Source: an uncultured delta proteobacterium
GTDB taxonomy: Bacteria > Desulfobacterota > RBG-13-43-22
Direction of reading: 5' to 3'
Length of the DNA: 64,000 nt
NCBI GenBank assembly: GCA_963843145.1
Contig: CAWJJC010000020.1
Location: 320,001 to 384,000, forward strand
The notes under the pieces are model-generated. The model did not search any database, was not told where the DNA came from, and was given only the letters and a program-made list of their open reading frames with translations. How positions within the stretch are numbered: position 1 is the stretch's first letter; every line of letters starts with the position of its first letter. Below, piece by piece: positions 22,197 to 33,550 of the stretch. Both the position numbers and the translations under genes were made by a program.

Positions 22197-25100
22197 TTGA
22201 CTGAAGATACCCCCCTTTATAACAGCCGCATCTTGAAAACCTACATTGATTATCTCCGCAAATATTATCCCGATATCTCCATCAGCGAGTTGCTTGATTA
22301 TGCCGGGATTACCGTTTTTGAAATGGAGGATGGGGGGCATTGGTTTACCCAAACCCAATTGGATCGATTTCACGAAACCCTTAAACAAAAAACCAACAAC
22401 CCTAATATCTCCCGAGAAGTAGGAAGGTATACCTACTCCTCTGAAGCCTTCGGCTTCATCCGGCAATATGCAATGGGGTTCCTTAACGCACCCCTGGCCT
22501 ATTCCCTGATAGAAAAATATGCCGAAAATGTTACCAAGGCCACCGAGTTTAAAAGCAGCCGGATCGGCCCCCAAACCGTTGAATTTTTGGCGATTTCCAA
22601 GCCGGGCATCAAAGAAAGTTCTTACACATGCGAAAATCGATTAGGGATGTTGGAGGCCATTTCCAAGTTTTACACCAGACAATTCGCTGCCATTGATCAC
22701 CCGAATGCATTCACCAGGGGGGCGAGTGCTGCCGGTACATTATATCCCTTAAAACCTCATCCGCCCAAAAGTGGAAAATCTTAAGTCGCTATCTGTTTCT
22801 TGGAAGCGCCTTGTTCGCCGTCGGTTCTTTTTTAATCTTTTCCTCCAACGCTTTGGGCTGAACTATTATTTTTCCCAACCCTTTTAAACCTGGGGGTATT
22901 TCTATACACTAAGGCACTTGGAAAATAAAGATCTTCTGGCGGCCATAACCTCCCAAAGTCAGGATGCTCAACAGGCTTTGGAGCAGGTTAATTTTCGATA
23001 CAACGGAGCACTCCTTATCCAGGAAATTGGCCAGGCCATCTCCATGATCCTGGATATCGACGGGCTGCTTAAATATATCATGGAGGCCCTGGAAAAACGA
23101 CTGGACTTTAACCGCGGCATGATCATGATGGCGGACAAGGGGAAAAAACGCCTGACCTTTTCGGTCGGCTACGGATATTCCCTTAAAGAAAATGATTACT
23201 TAAGCAAGTTGTCCTTCCGTCTTGATAATCCCCAATCCAAAGGGGTGGCCGTATTAACCTTTAAAGAGCAAAAACCTTTCTTAATCGATGACGTTTCCAA
23301 GATCCAACAGGATATCTCTCCAAAAAGTTTGGAATTTGTTTACCGCATGGAGACCCGCTCCTTCATCAGCGTGCCCATTGTCTACAAGGGGGAATCACTG
23401 GGGATCCTGCTGGTGGATAACCCCAAATCGGGACGCAAATTAAACCAAAGCGACTTGAATCTCCTTTTGGGCATTGCTCCCCAGATCGCCATCAGCATCA
23501 ATAACGCCATTTCTTATAAAAAAATACAGGAGAGCGAAGAACGGTTTCGTTCGCTTAGTTCCAACTCGCCGGATATCATTTATACGATTGGAATCGACGG
23601 GGCCTTCACCTATGTCAACCCGGCCTGGGAAAGGATCTTGGGCCACCGGACGGAGGAAGTGATCGGCCGTTTTTTTACTGATTTTGCCAAGCCGGAGGAG
23701 ATCCCGCAGTATAAAAAGATCTTTAAAGAAATCCGAGATCAGAAGAAAACGATCCGGGATTTGACCGGGACCATCCTCCATCAAAACGGCAGTGAGCGCT
23801 ATTTCAGCCTCAGCGGTGCGCCCAACCTGGATGACGAGGGAAAGGTAACCGGCGTGGTGGGGACTTTTAATGATATCACCGACCGGCAATTGGCCGAAGA
23901 GGCCCTTCAGTACCGCGTGGAACTGGAAAAACTGATTACCTCCATCTCCACCCATTTTATCAACTTGGCCTCCGAGGATATCAATCCGGAAATCAGCCTG
24001 GCCTTGAAACAGATCGGGAGCTTCGCCCGAACGGATCGCAGCTTTATTTTCCGATTTATCGATTCCGGCAGCCGGGTCGAGAAGACCCATCTTTGGTGTG
24101 CCGAAGGCCTCGCTGACGCCCAAGACATATTGACGGAGTTCTCTCTGCCGGACCTCCCCTGGTTCTATAATAAAATGAAGCGGCAAGAAGTGGTTTCGAT
24201 CCCCGATGTCGCTCAGTTACCCCCGGAAGCCGGGGCGGAAAGAAAGGCCTTTTCATCCCGGGGCCTTAAATCCCTCCTCTGCGTCCCCATGGTCTATGGC
24301 GGAAACCTGATCGGATTCCTGGGTTTTGATTCGGCCGGCGAGAAAAGAGACTGGTCCAAGGAAATCGTAACTCTATTAACCATCGTCGGAGAAATTTTCG
24401 CCCATGCCCTGGAACGGCTGTGGGTGGAAGAGGAAAAAAAGAAGTTAGAAGAACAGTTGCGGCAATCCCAAAAAATGGAGGCCATCGGCCGGTTGGCCGG
24501 GGGAGTGGCCCACGACTTTAATAACATGCTGACCGGGATCATTGGCTATGCCGACCTCATTCTATTAAGCTTAAACCGGGACCACCCGCTGATCGGCAAG
24601 GTGGAGGAAATCAAAAAAGCCGGAAAGAGGGCCGCCTCTTTGACCCAACAACTGCTGGCTTTCAGCCGGAAACAAATGCTGCAACCCAAGGTTTTGGATT
24701 TAAATCTGGTAGTGAATGATCTAAAAAAGATGCTCCAACGCCTGATCGGGGAAGATATTGAACTGGAAACCCATTTGGAATCCAGCCTTTTTCGGGTTAA
24801 GGTAGATCCGAATCAAATGGGCCAAGTCTTGATGAATCTGGTCGTAAATGCCCGGGATGCTATGGTCCGGGGCGGGAAAATAACGATTGAAACGGCTAAT
24901 GTCGTCTTAGATCAGGCCTATGCCCGCAAAAAAGGAGTCAGTCTGCAACCCGGTCCTTATGTTCTGCTGGAAGTCAGGGATACAGGCACCGGGATGGACC
25001 TGGAAACCAGATCCCACTTATTTGAACCTTTTTTTACCACCAAGGAGTTAGGGAAAGGAACCGGCTTGGGTTTATCCACGGTTTACGGGATCATTAAGCA

Positions 25101-25665
25101 AAGTGGGGGCTATATCTGGGTAGACAGCCAGCCGGATTGCGGAACGTCGTTTCAAATATTTTTGCCCCAGGCCGAGGGGAAATCGGACCTCAAGGAAAGC
25201 GATCCCCATTCACCGAATCTGCTTCAAGGTTCGGAAACCATTCTAATTGTGGAAGATAATGAATTGGTCCGCAACCTGACCAGCGAGGCCCTAAAGCAAT
25301 ATGGGTATACGGTCATCGAAGCTCCCGGTGGTGAACCCGCCTTAAAAATTACCCAGGAATACGGGGAGAAAATCGACCTTCTGCTGACCGATGTGGTCAT
25401 GCCGGGTCTAAACGGCCGTGAGTTGGCCGATAAAATCCTTTCTTTCAGACCGGGCATCAAGGTCCTTTATATGTCCGGCTACTCGAATAATGCTATCGTC
25501 CAACATGGAGTTCTTACTCCGGGCTTAGCTTTCATCGAGAAACCCTTTTCGCCGGAGACCTTAGCCGAAAAAGTTCGCCAAGTGTTAGTTGCTTCTCCTC
25601 CCCTTAAGAATCCTCCCCCAACAGCACTTGGGACGACGGCCTCCACGAGCCTGCTTATTGTCTGA
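22197..25665 (+). pseudogene. Hybrid sensor kinase (V4R-like N-terminus, TM, GAF, PAS, GAF, HisKA, HATPase, REC), frameshifted at about 22703-22920
   Basis: Restoring one G at about 22703 gives HPECIHQGGECCRYII. Downstream: QKMEAIGRLAGGVAHDFNNML, NLVVNARDAM, GKGTGLGLS and LLTDVVMPG. Confidence 0.8.
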
Positions 25666-25739
25666 AAAGGGAAATCCCCCGGCGGCCAGACCAAATGAGC
25701 GAGGATATCCACCCAAAGGGGGAGGCGACATTTTTAAAA

Positions 25740-25769
25740 TTGACAGGCTTTCTCAACTTTGGTTACATG
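25740..25769 (+). promoter_or_regulatory. Putative sigma70 promoter
   Basis: TTGACA at 25740-25745 with a weak -10 (TTACAT/TACATG) 17-18 bp downstream. Confidence 0.4.
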
Positions 25770-25825
25770 AATCGAAGAAGGTGTCTCCCCCTTCATCTGA
25801 AAGGTAAGAAACAAGGTTTGATTCA

Positions 25826-26746
25826 ATGAAGTATGTTTTTGGACCGGTCCCCTCTCGCCGACTGGGCTTTTCTCTGGGGGTTGACCTCCTGCCCTATAAA
25901 ACCTGTTCTTTTGACTGCATTTATTGCGAATTAGGTCCAACCACCTGCCGAACTCTGGCACCCGAGGACCTAATTCCACCGGAGGCCGTTTTAGCCGAAC
26001 TGGATGACTTTCTGGCCACCACGGATCAAAAGATCGACTATCTGACCATTTCCGGTTCCGGGGAACCCACGCTTCATCCCGAACTGGGGCACCTGATCCA
26101 GGCGATTAAAAAAAAATACGCCTACCCCCTGGCCCTGATTACCAACGGGTCCCTTTTTTTTAACCCCCTCGTTTTGGAACGGGTCAAAGCAGCCGATCTG
26201 ATCATCCCCTCTCTGGACACCGTTGATCCCGAGGCCTTTCAGGTGATCAATCGGCCTCATCCCGAACTACGGCTCGAGGCCATCATCGAAGGGCTAATCC
26301 TTTTAGGTCAACTCCCGGGCCCCCGAATCTGGCTGGAAGTTCTGTTTTTGCGTGGCTTGAATGATCAACCGGCTCAAATCGAAGCCCTGTCCCGGACCAT
26401 TGAAAAAATAAACCCGGAAAAAATCCAGATAAACACCGTAGTTCGACCGCCGGTGGAGGCCTTCGCCCAGGCATTGGATTACCGGGCACTGGAAGCCATC
26501 CGGGGGATAATGGGACCCCGGGCGGAAATCATCGCTCCAACCACGGTAAAGGCGGATTTTCAAAATGAAATGCTGGAATCCGAGATCTTGGGCCTGCTAG
26601 CCAGGAGGCCCTCCACGGCAGAGGACCTCTCCCGTCTGACCGGGATTTCCCGGCAACAGACCTTGGAGCTGTTGAATCGTTTATTGGACCAGCAAAAGAT
26701 CGCTCGCGAAGCTTTTAACCAGAATGATTTTTTTCTCAGGCGTTAG
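25826..26746 (+). CDS. Radical SAM Fe-S oxidoreductase with C-terminal winged helix
   Basis: FGPVPSRRLGFSLGVD, CSFDCIYCEL and SGSGEPTLHP. Confidence 0.88.
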   Translation: MKYVFGPVPSRRLGFSLGVDLLPYKTCSFDCIYCELGPTTCRTLAPEDLIPPEAVLAELDDFLATTDQKIDYLTISGSGEPTLHPELGHLIQAIKKKYAYPLALITNGSLFFNPLVLERVKAADLIIPSLDTVDPEAFQVINRPHPELRLEAIIEGLILLGQLPGPRIWLEVLFLRGLNDQPAQIEALSRTIEKINPEKIQINTVVRPPVEAFAQALDYRALEAIRGIMGPRAEIIAPTTVKADFQNEMLESEILGLLARRPSTAEDLSRLTGISRQQTLELLNRLLDQQKIAREAFNQNDFFLRR

Positions 26747-26772
26747 CCTGAGCCTTATTTTTGGAGGATTAG

Positions 26773-29700
26773 ATGGTGGAAGGGTATTATTTGGGAATGG
26801 ATATTGGTTCAGTCAGCGCCAACACCGTTATCCTTTCCGGGAGCAATCAGGTAGTCAAAGAAGATTACCAGCGGACCAAAGGCCAGCCTCTGGAAACGGC
26901 GCTGTCCGTCTTAAAGGAATTTTTTCAGGAATTCCCCGCTGAAAACTGTCGATCCCTAACGCTGACCGGTACCGCCGGTAAGCTGGTGGCCAAAATCCTG
27001 AAAGTTCCCCTGGTGAATGAAATCATTGCCCAGGCCCGGGCGGTCGATTTTTTTTATCCCCAGGTTCGCACCATTATTGAAATGGGCGGGGAGGATTCCA
27101 AACTGATCCTCCTGGCCGAAGAGGCCTCCGGAAACCTGGCGATTCAAGATTTTGCCATGAACACCCTGTGTGCGGCCGGCACCGGTTCCTTCCTGGATCA
27201 ACAGGCCCATCGTCTGGGCTTGACCATCGAAGAATTCAGCGCCCTGGCCTTAAAGTCCGCGGTTCCGCCTCGTATTGCCGGACGCTGCACGGTTTTTGCT
27301 AAAACCGATATGATCCACTTGCAACAGGAGGCCACACCCGATTATGACATCATCGCCGGGTTGTGCTTTGCCGTGGCCAGGAACCTGAAAAGCAATATCG
27401 CCAAAGGAAAAAAATTCATTAAACCGGTAGCCTTCATGGGCGGGGTGGCCGCCAATCTGGGGGTCCGCCGGGCCTTCACCGAAGTCTTAGGGCTGGAACA
27501 GGGGGAGCTGGTCATTCCGGAACACTTCTTTTCCATGGGGGCCATCGGGGCCTCTCTGGTCACTCGGGAGGATCCCCAATTTAGTTTCCAGTTCTCCGGC
27601 CTGGCCCCCCTGGAAGAATATATCCGAACCTATTCTCCGGAAGCCGGTCGCTTAAGTCCGCTGACCCTGAGGCCGGATTACCAGCAACCCTTTTCCACCC
27701 AGCCCTTCCCGGAACCCTCGGTCGGAGAAAAAATCGAAGCCTACCTGGGAATTGATGTCGGGTCCATCAGCACCAACGTGGTGGTCATCGACCGGGAGAT
27801 GCGGGTCCTGTCCAAACAATATTTAATGACCGCCGGCAGGCCGTTGGAGGCCATACGCCAGGGATTGGCCGCGGCCGGGGCCGAAGTGGGCGATCGGGTG
27901 GTCATCCGGGGGGCCGGGACTACAGGTTCCGGAAGATACTTGACCGGAGACTTTATCGGAGCCGACATCGTCCGCAATGAGATTACCGCCCAGGCCACCG
28001 CCGCCGCCGCCATAGATCCGGAGGTGGACACCATCTTTGAGATCGGAGGCCAGGACTCCAAATATATCAGCCTGGAAAACGGGGCCATCGTGGACTTTAT
28101 GATGAACAAGGTCTGTGCGGCCGGAACCGGTTCCTTTCTGGAAGAGCAGGCCGAAAAGTTGGGCATTTCGATTCGCGGGGAATTCGGCGATTTGGCCCTG
28201 TCTTCCCAGGAACCTATCCGCCTGGGCGAACGGTGTACGGTTTTTATGGAATCCGACCTGGTGCATCATCAACAACGGGGGATGGACCAGTCCGACCTGG
28301 TGGCCGGCTTGAGTTATTCCATCGTGCAAAATTATTTGAACAAGGTCGTGGAAGACCGGCGTATTGGCCGGCGCATTTTTTATCAGGGGGCTACCGCCTC
28401 CAATAAAGGCATCGTCGCCGCCTTTGAAAAAGTGGTGGGGAAACCGATCATCGTCCCGGAGCATAATGACGTTACCGGGGCCATCGGGGTGGCCATCCTG
28501 GCCCTGCGGGAACGGACCTGGACGGAAAGCGGCTTCAAGGGTTTCGACCTGGCCCAGAGCCGCTATGAGATTTCCTCCTTTGAATGCCGGAGTTGCCCCA
28601 ACCAGTGCGAAGTTAAAAAGGTGACCATTGAAGGCGAACGGCCGTTGTTTTACGGCAGCCGCTGCGACAAATATGATCTGGACAGCAAGAAACCAGCCAC
28701 CACCAAAGCCCTGCCCGACCTTTTTGCCGAGCGGGAAGAATGGCTGGTCGGTCGGCCTGAAGACTGCAACCCCGGCGGGAAAAGGGGAAAAATCGGGATA
28801 CCTCGGACCATGTTTTTCCGGGAACTATTGCCTTTCTTCCGGACCTTCCTGACCGAATTGGGCTTTGAAGTGGTGATCTCCGGTCCGACCAACAAATCCA
28901 TTATCCACCATGGCGTGGAAGTCATGGCCGCTGAGACCTGCCTGCCGATCAAGGTGGCCCACGGCCATATTCTGGAATTGATCCAGCAGGGGGTGAACCG
29001 TATTTTTCTGCCCAGCATCATCGACTTGAAAGCGAAGAACCAGGAAAATGACCAGGGAGTGGTTTGCCCCTATGCCCAAACCCTGCCTTACACGGTACCG
29101 GCCAGCATTAACCTCGCCGCTCTGGGCGTGCAGCTTTTCCAGCCGGTTCTGTATCTCGGCCGGGGGGATAAGGCCTTGCAAAAAGGCCTGGTCAAGCTGG
29201 CCCGGGACCTGAAAGTCAGTCCCTTTCTGGTGCCCATCGCCCTGGAGAAGGCCCTGGCGGCCCAGGAAGCCTTCTATGCCCAACTGTTGAATCGGGGACG
29301 GGAAGTTCTGCAAGACCTGGGACCCGAGGAAATCGCCATGGTCGTGGTCAGCCGCCCCTACAACGGTTTTGACCCCGGAATCAATTTGAATATCCCCAAA
29401 AAATTGCGGGACTTGGGAATCCTGGCCATTCCCATGGACTTCTTTCCCCTGGATTCCCCCGTCGATCCGGAAGAATCCCGCCATCATTACTGGCGTTTCG
29501 GACAGAAAATTTTGGGGGCCGCCGATGTTTTGCTCCACAACCCGAACCTTTACGGGATCTACATCACCAATTTCAGTTGCGGACCCGACTCCTTTATCCT
29601 CCATTTCTTTCGAAACATCTTAAAAGGAAAGCCTTATCTGGAAATTGAAATCGATGAGCACAGCGCCGATGCCGGCGTGGTAACCCGACTGGAGGCCTTC

Positions 29701-30984
29701 CTGGACAGTCTGAAAAACACCCGGGGCCGGAAACTCCCGGAAGCGGCGCCGACCAAGGTCTCCCGGATCCCCGGCGGCAACAGCCGAAAAATCTATATCC
29801 CGCCCATGACCGACCAATCCCTGGCCGTGGCCGCCGCCTTCCGGGCCTGCGGGGTGGAAGCCGAAGTCCTGCCCGACTCCGACCAGGAGACGCTGGTTCT
29901 CGGCCGAAAGCTCACTTCGGGCAAAGAGTGCTATCCTTGCATCTTAACCACCGGGGATATGGCCAAAATGGTCCAGCGGTCGGATTTCAATGCTAAAAAA
30001 GCCTCCTTTTTCATGCCTTCCGGGACCGGCCCCTGCCGCTTCGGCCAATATCACCGCTTCCACCGCCTGGTTCTGGATGAGCTGGGTTACCCCGAGGTAC
30101 CCATCTACGCGCCGGACCAGAGCGAGACCCTCTATCAGGAACTGGGTATGGTGGGCGGCAGCGACTTTACCCGGCTGGCCTGGCAGGGAATTGTGGCGGT
30201 CGACCTGCTGGAGAAAAAGCTACGGGAAACCCGCCCCTATGAAGCCCGCCCGGGTGAAGCCGGGGAGGTCTACCAGCACTTCTTGGGAAAAATGGCCAAA
30301 ACCATCACCGCCCGGGGCGACTTGACGGCCGTGCTGCGGTCGGCCCGACAGACCTTTGAAAACGTGCCGGTCAACGACCCCGGTTCGAGGCCGGTTATCG
30401 GCGTGGTGGGAGAAATTTACACCCGGGCCAACAAGTTCTCGAATGAAAACGTAGTGCTCGGCATAGAAGCCTTGGGGGGTGAGGCCTGGCTCCCCCCTAT
30501 TTCCGAGTGGATTCTCTATACCAACTACACCGCCATCTGGCGGGCCATCCGTTTAAGGAAATTTTCCAGCCTGATTGAAGTGCTGCTTACCCATCGGGTC
30601 CAGACCAAACTGGAGCATGAGCTGGAAAGCACTTTTCGGGGATCCCTGCGCAATTACGGGGAGCCGTCCATCAGTCTGACCCTCAAAAGGGCGAAACCCT
30701 ACCTGGATTCCTCCTTTGAGGGCGAGGCGGTCTTAAGTATCGGCAAGGCTACGGACTACGTCTTAAAAGGCGCCTCGGGGTTAGTCAACATCATGCCTTT
30801 TACCTGCATGCCCGGAACCATTGTCAACGCCCTGCTCAAGCGGTATCGGGAAGACCACCAAAACATCCCCTTCCTGAACCTGTCTTATGACGGGCAGGAG
30901 CAGACCAATACCCAAACCCGCCTGGAGGCCTTTATGTATCAGGTCCAACAGCACCGAAATCGCTCAGGTAACGGAGAAATTTAA
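26773..30984 (+). CDS. Acyl-CoA dehydratase activase-like multidomain protein (2x BadF/BadG/BcrA/BcrD ASKHA ATPase plus DUF2229-like/dehydratase-like domains), 1403 aa
   Basis: GMDIGSVS / GIDVGSIST; EMGGEDSK / EIGGQDSK; MNTLCAAGTGSFL / MNKVCAAGTGSFL; RCTVF twice; ETCLPIKVAHGH, NFSCGPD, ECYPC, GPCRFGQY and PFTCMP. Confidence 0.88.
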   Translation: MVEGYYLGMDIGSVSANTVILSGSNQVVKEDYQRTKGQPLETALSVLKEFFQEFPAENCRSLTLTGTAGKLVAKILKVPLVNEIIAQARAVDFFYPQVRTIIEMGGEDSKLILLAEEASGNLAIQDFAMNTLCAAGTGSFLDQQAHRLGLTIEEFSALALKSAVPPRIAGRCTVFAKTDMIHLQQEATPDYDIIAGLCFAVARNLKSNIAKGKKFIKPVAFMGGVAANLGVRRAFTEVLGLEQGELVIPEHFFSMGAIGASLVTREDPQFSFQFSGLAPLEEYIRTYSPEAGRLSPLTLRPDYQQPFSTQPFPEPSVGEKIEAYLGIDVGSISTNVVVIDREMRVLSKQYLMTAGRPLEAIRQGLAAAGAEVGDRVVIRGAGTTGSGRYLTGDFIGADIVRNEITAQATAAAAIDPEVDTIFEIGGQDSKYISLENGAIVDFMMNKVCAAGTGSFLEEQAEKLGISIRGEFGDLALSSQEPIRLGERCTVFMESDLVHHQQRGMDQSDLVAGLSYSIVQNYLNKVVEDRRIGRRIFYQGATASNKGIVAAFEKVVGKPIIVPEHNDVTGAIGVAILALRERTWTESGFKGFDLAQSRYEISSFECRSCPNQCEVKKVTIEGERPLFYGSRCDKYDLDSKKPATTKALPDLFAEREEWLVGRPEDCNPGGKRGKIGIPRTMFFRELLPFFRTFLTELGFEVVISGPTNKSIIHHGVEVMAAETCLPIKVAHGHILELIQQGVNRIFLPSIIDLKAKNQENDQGVVCPYAQTLPYTVPASINLAALGVQLFQPVLYLGRGDKALQKGLVKLARDLKVSPFLVPIALEKALAAQEAFYAQLLNRGREVLQDLGPEEIAMVVVSRPYNGFDPGINLNIPKKLRDLGILAIPMDFFPLDSPVDPEESRHHYWRFGQKILGAADVLLHNPNLYGIYITNFSCGPDSFILHFFRNILKGKPYLEIEIDEHSADAGVVTRLEAFLDSLKNTRGRKLPEAAPTKVSRIPGGNSRKIYIPPMTDQSLAVAAAFRACGVEAEVLPDSDQETLVLGRKLTSGKECYPCILTTGDMAKMVQRSDFNAKKASFFMPSGTGPCRFGQYHRFHRLVLDELGYPEVPIYAPDQSETLYQELGMVGGSDFTRLAWQGIVAVDLLEKKLRETRPYEARPGEAGEVYQHFLGKMAKTITARGDLTAVLRSARQTFENVPVNDPGSRPVIGVVGEIYTRANKFSNENVVLGIEALGGEAWLPPISEWILYTNYTAIWRAIRLRKFSSLIEVLLTHRVQTKLEHELESTFRGSLRNYGEPSISLTLKRAKPYLDSSFEGEAVLSIGKATDYVLKGASGLVNIMPFTCMPGTIVNALLKRYREDHQNIPFLNLSYDGQEQTNTQTRLEAFMYQVQQHRNRSGNGEI

Positions 30985-32645
30985 TGGCCCCGGTAAAAAA
31001 GTTACTGATCAACGCCATCGACCCGGAGGAATATCGGGTAGCCCTGATCGAAGACGGGCTCCTGGAGGAATTTTATATTGAAACCACCGCCAAGGAGCAG
31101 ATTCGAGGAAATATTTATAAAGGGGTAGTAGCTCATGTAGAACCGGCCTTTCAGGCGGCCTTTATCGATTACGGGGGCGAAAAAAACGGGTTCCTCCAGG
31201 CCGATGAGATCCATTCCGATTATTTCCAGCAGGCCGTAGAATCCGGCGGATCAGACAACAAGCACCATCTCTCGATTCAGAAAATGGTCAGCCGGGGCCA
31301 GGAGATATTGGTCCAGGTCACCAAGGAGGAGACGGGCAAAAAGGGCGTGGCCCTGACCACCTACCTCTCTCTGGCAGGCAATTTTCTGGTTTTAACCCCC
31401 GGAGAACCCATGGTCGGCATTTCCCGAAAAATCGAGGCCGAAGAGGAGCGGGCCCGTTTGAAGGAGATCATGACCCAATTGAAGATCCCCGAAGGGATCG
31501 GTTGCATTGTCCGGACCTCGGGAAACGGAAAGACCAAACGGGAATTGTCCAAAAACCTGGAAAACCTTTTGCGGCTCTGGGAAGAAATCCGAAACCGGGC
31601 CATTGAACAACCGGCGCCGTCCCTGATCTACAAGGAAATCGATCTGGCCATCCGCAGTGTTCGAGATCACTTTTCTCCGGACATCCAGGAAGTCCTGATC
31701 GATAACAAAGAAATTTACAAACAGGTCTGGGATTTTTTGAAAATCATCAACCCTAAATACGGCAGCCGGGTGAAACTGTATAAGGAAACCCGTCCGATTT
31801 TTTCCAAGCACCAGATTGAAAATCAAATCGAGACCATCTTTCAAAACAGGGTAAATCTAAAGTCCGGCGGCCAGATCGTCATCGACCCCACCGAGGCCCT
31901 GGTCGCGGTGGATGTCAACTCCGGCCGCTCGGTGAAGGAACGGCAGATTGAGGAAACCGCCTTCAAAACCAATATGGAAGCGGCCGAGGAGATCGCCCGC
32001 CAGTTGCGGCTGCGGGATTTGGGCGGATTAATTGTGATCGATTTTATCGATATGAAGGAGTCTAAGCACCGTAATGAAGTTCAGCGGATACTTAAGAACC
32101 ACCTAAAAAAGGACAAGGCCCGCACGACCCTCGGACGCATTTCCAAGTTTGGAATCCTGGAATTATCCCGGCAGCGTATCCGACCGCCCATTCAATTCGG
32201 GACCTATTATACCTGCCCCACCTGCCAAGGAAAGGGCCAGGTTCGCTCGGTGGAAACCCTCGCCCTTTCCTATCTACGAAAAATCTGGCTGGGGATCTCC
32301 AAGGGCACCGTATCCAGCGTCAAAGGGATTTTACCGGTGGAAGTGGCCCATTACCTGTTGAACCGCAAACGGGAGGACCTGCTTCGTCTGGAATCCCGCC
32401 ACGAGGTGACCATTCACCTGGAAGGTCAGGCCCATATTTTGCCCGAGGAGGGACGGCTGGAATTCAAAAAGAAAGAATCACCGGAAGCCGTTGACTCCCA
32501 GCCGGAGTCCCGGGAAAGCGATCTGGAAAAAATGGAATCCAGCCCGCCTCAGGTTGCCCCGAACTATTGGCAAACCGCCGAAAATTATCTGGTGTCGGAG
32601 GCCCAAAAAGTTCCCCATCCCCGGCAATCTAAACCCGAACGATGA
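30984..32645 (+). CDS. Rne/Rng family ribonuclease
   Basis: GNIYKGVV, AAFIDYG..KNGFL, TEALVAVDVNSG, RLRDLGGLIVIDFIDM and Zn-link CPTCQGKG; short C-terminal tail. Confidence 0.93.
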   Translation: MAPVKKLLINAIDPEEYRVALIEDGLLEEFYIETTAKEQIRGNIYKGVVAHVEPAFQAAFIDYGGEKNGFLQADEIHSDYFQQAVESGGSDNKHHLSIQKMVSRGQEILVQVTKEETGKKGVALTTYLSLAGNFLVLTPGEPMVGISRKIEAEEERARLKEIMTQLKIPEGIGCIVRTSGNGKTKRELSKNLENLLRLWEEIRNRAIEQPAPSLIYKEIDLAIRSVRDHFSPDIQEVLIDNKEIYKQVWDFLKIINPKYGSRVKLYKETRPIFSKHQIENQIETIFQNRVNLKSGGQIVIDPTEALVAVDVNSGRSVKERQIEETAFKTNMEAAEEIARQLRLRDLGGLIVIDFIDMKESKHRNEVQRILKNHLKKDKARTTLGRISKFGILELSRQRIRPPIQFGTYYTCPTCQGKGQVRSVETLALSYLRKIWLGISKGTVSSVKGILPVEVAHYLLNRKREDLLRLESRHEVTIHLEGQAHILPEEGRLEFKKKESPEAVDSQPESRESDLEKMESSPPQVAPNYWQTAENYLVSEAQKVPHPRQSKPER

Positions 32646-33493
32646 TCATAGATATTCACACGCACATCTTTCCCCCGGAAATCGTCGCTCGTCGGGAACT
32701 CTTCTTCCCCGGCGAATCGGCCTTTCAGCTCCTCTATGAAGACCAGAAAAAATCCCCTCTGGCCACGAGCGAAGGCCTCATCGCCGCCCTCGACACCCAT
32801 CAGGTCCAGGGGGCCGCAACTTTCGGCTTTCCCTGGAAACAGTCCGCTCTGATTCGCCGGTCCAACGAGTATGTTTTAGAAGCCGTACGCCGTTTTCCTC
32901 AACGGCTGGTCGGATTCGTCTGCTTAAACCCCGAACTCCCCGACACCTTGGAAGAAGCCCGGAGGTGCCTCCGAGCCGGGATGAAAGGAATCGGAGAACT
33001 CGCCCTCTATGGTTCTTCCAGCCCACACGCCTGGAAAGAGTTGTTCAGCCCCCTGGCCCGACTGGCGGCGGACTGGGGCGTTCCCTTGCTGCTCCATACC
33101 AACGAGCCGGTGGGCCACCCTTATCCGGGAAAGGAACGTCTGCCGCTCTGGGACCTCTATGAATTGATTCAGTCCTTTCCGGAAACCAAATTCATCCTGG
33201 CCCACTGGGGGGGTGGACTGTGGTGGTATCAACTCCTGAAGCGGGAAGTCCGGGAAGTACTCAAAAATACCTATGTGGATACAGCCGCTTCACCTTATCT
33301 CTACCGCCCGGAAATTTACCGCTTCGCCATCGACATCCTCGGCGTCGATAAAATCTTGTTCGGGAGCGATTATCCCCTTCTGGCGCCGGACCGTTATAAA
33401 AAGGAACTGCGGGAAGCTCAGGTCGAGGGAGAGGACTGCCGGGCCATTTTTGGAGGGAATGCCCAAAAGCTGCTGCAGTGGCCTTCTCCCTGA
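32642..33493 (+). CDS. Amidohydrolase_2 family metal-dependent hydrolase
   Basis: IIDIHTH, GIGEL, LLLHTNEPVGH, ILAHWGGG, VDTAA and LFGSDYP. Confidence 0.88.
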   Translation: MIIDIHTHIFPPEIVARRELFFPGESAFQLLYEDQKKSPLATSEGLIAALDTHQVQGAATFGFPWKQSALIRRSNEYVLEAVRRFPQRLVGFVCLNPELPDTLEEARRCLRAGMKGIGELALYGSSSPHAWKELFSPLARLAADWGVPLLLHTNEPVGHPYPGKERLPLWDLYELIQSFPETKFILAHWGGGLWWYQLLKREVREVLKNTYVDTAASPYLYRPEIYRFAIDILGVDKILFGSDYPLLAPDRYKKELREAQVEGEDCRAIFGGNAQKLLQWPSP

Positions 33494-33550
33494 CTTAGCT
33501 ACCCGCTCCTTCCGGTCTTTCTGATCAAAAAAAAGGAGTGCTCAAATTTC

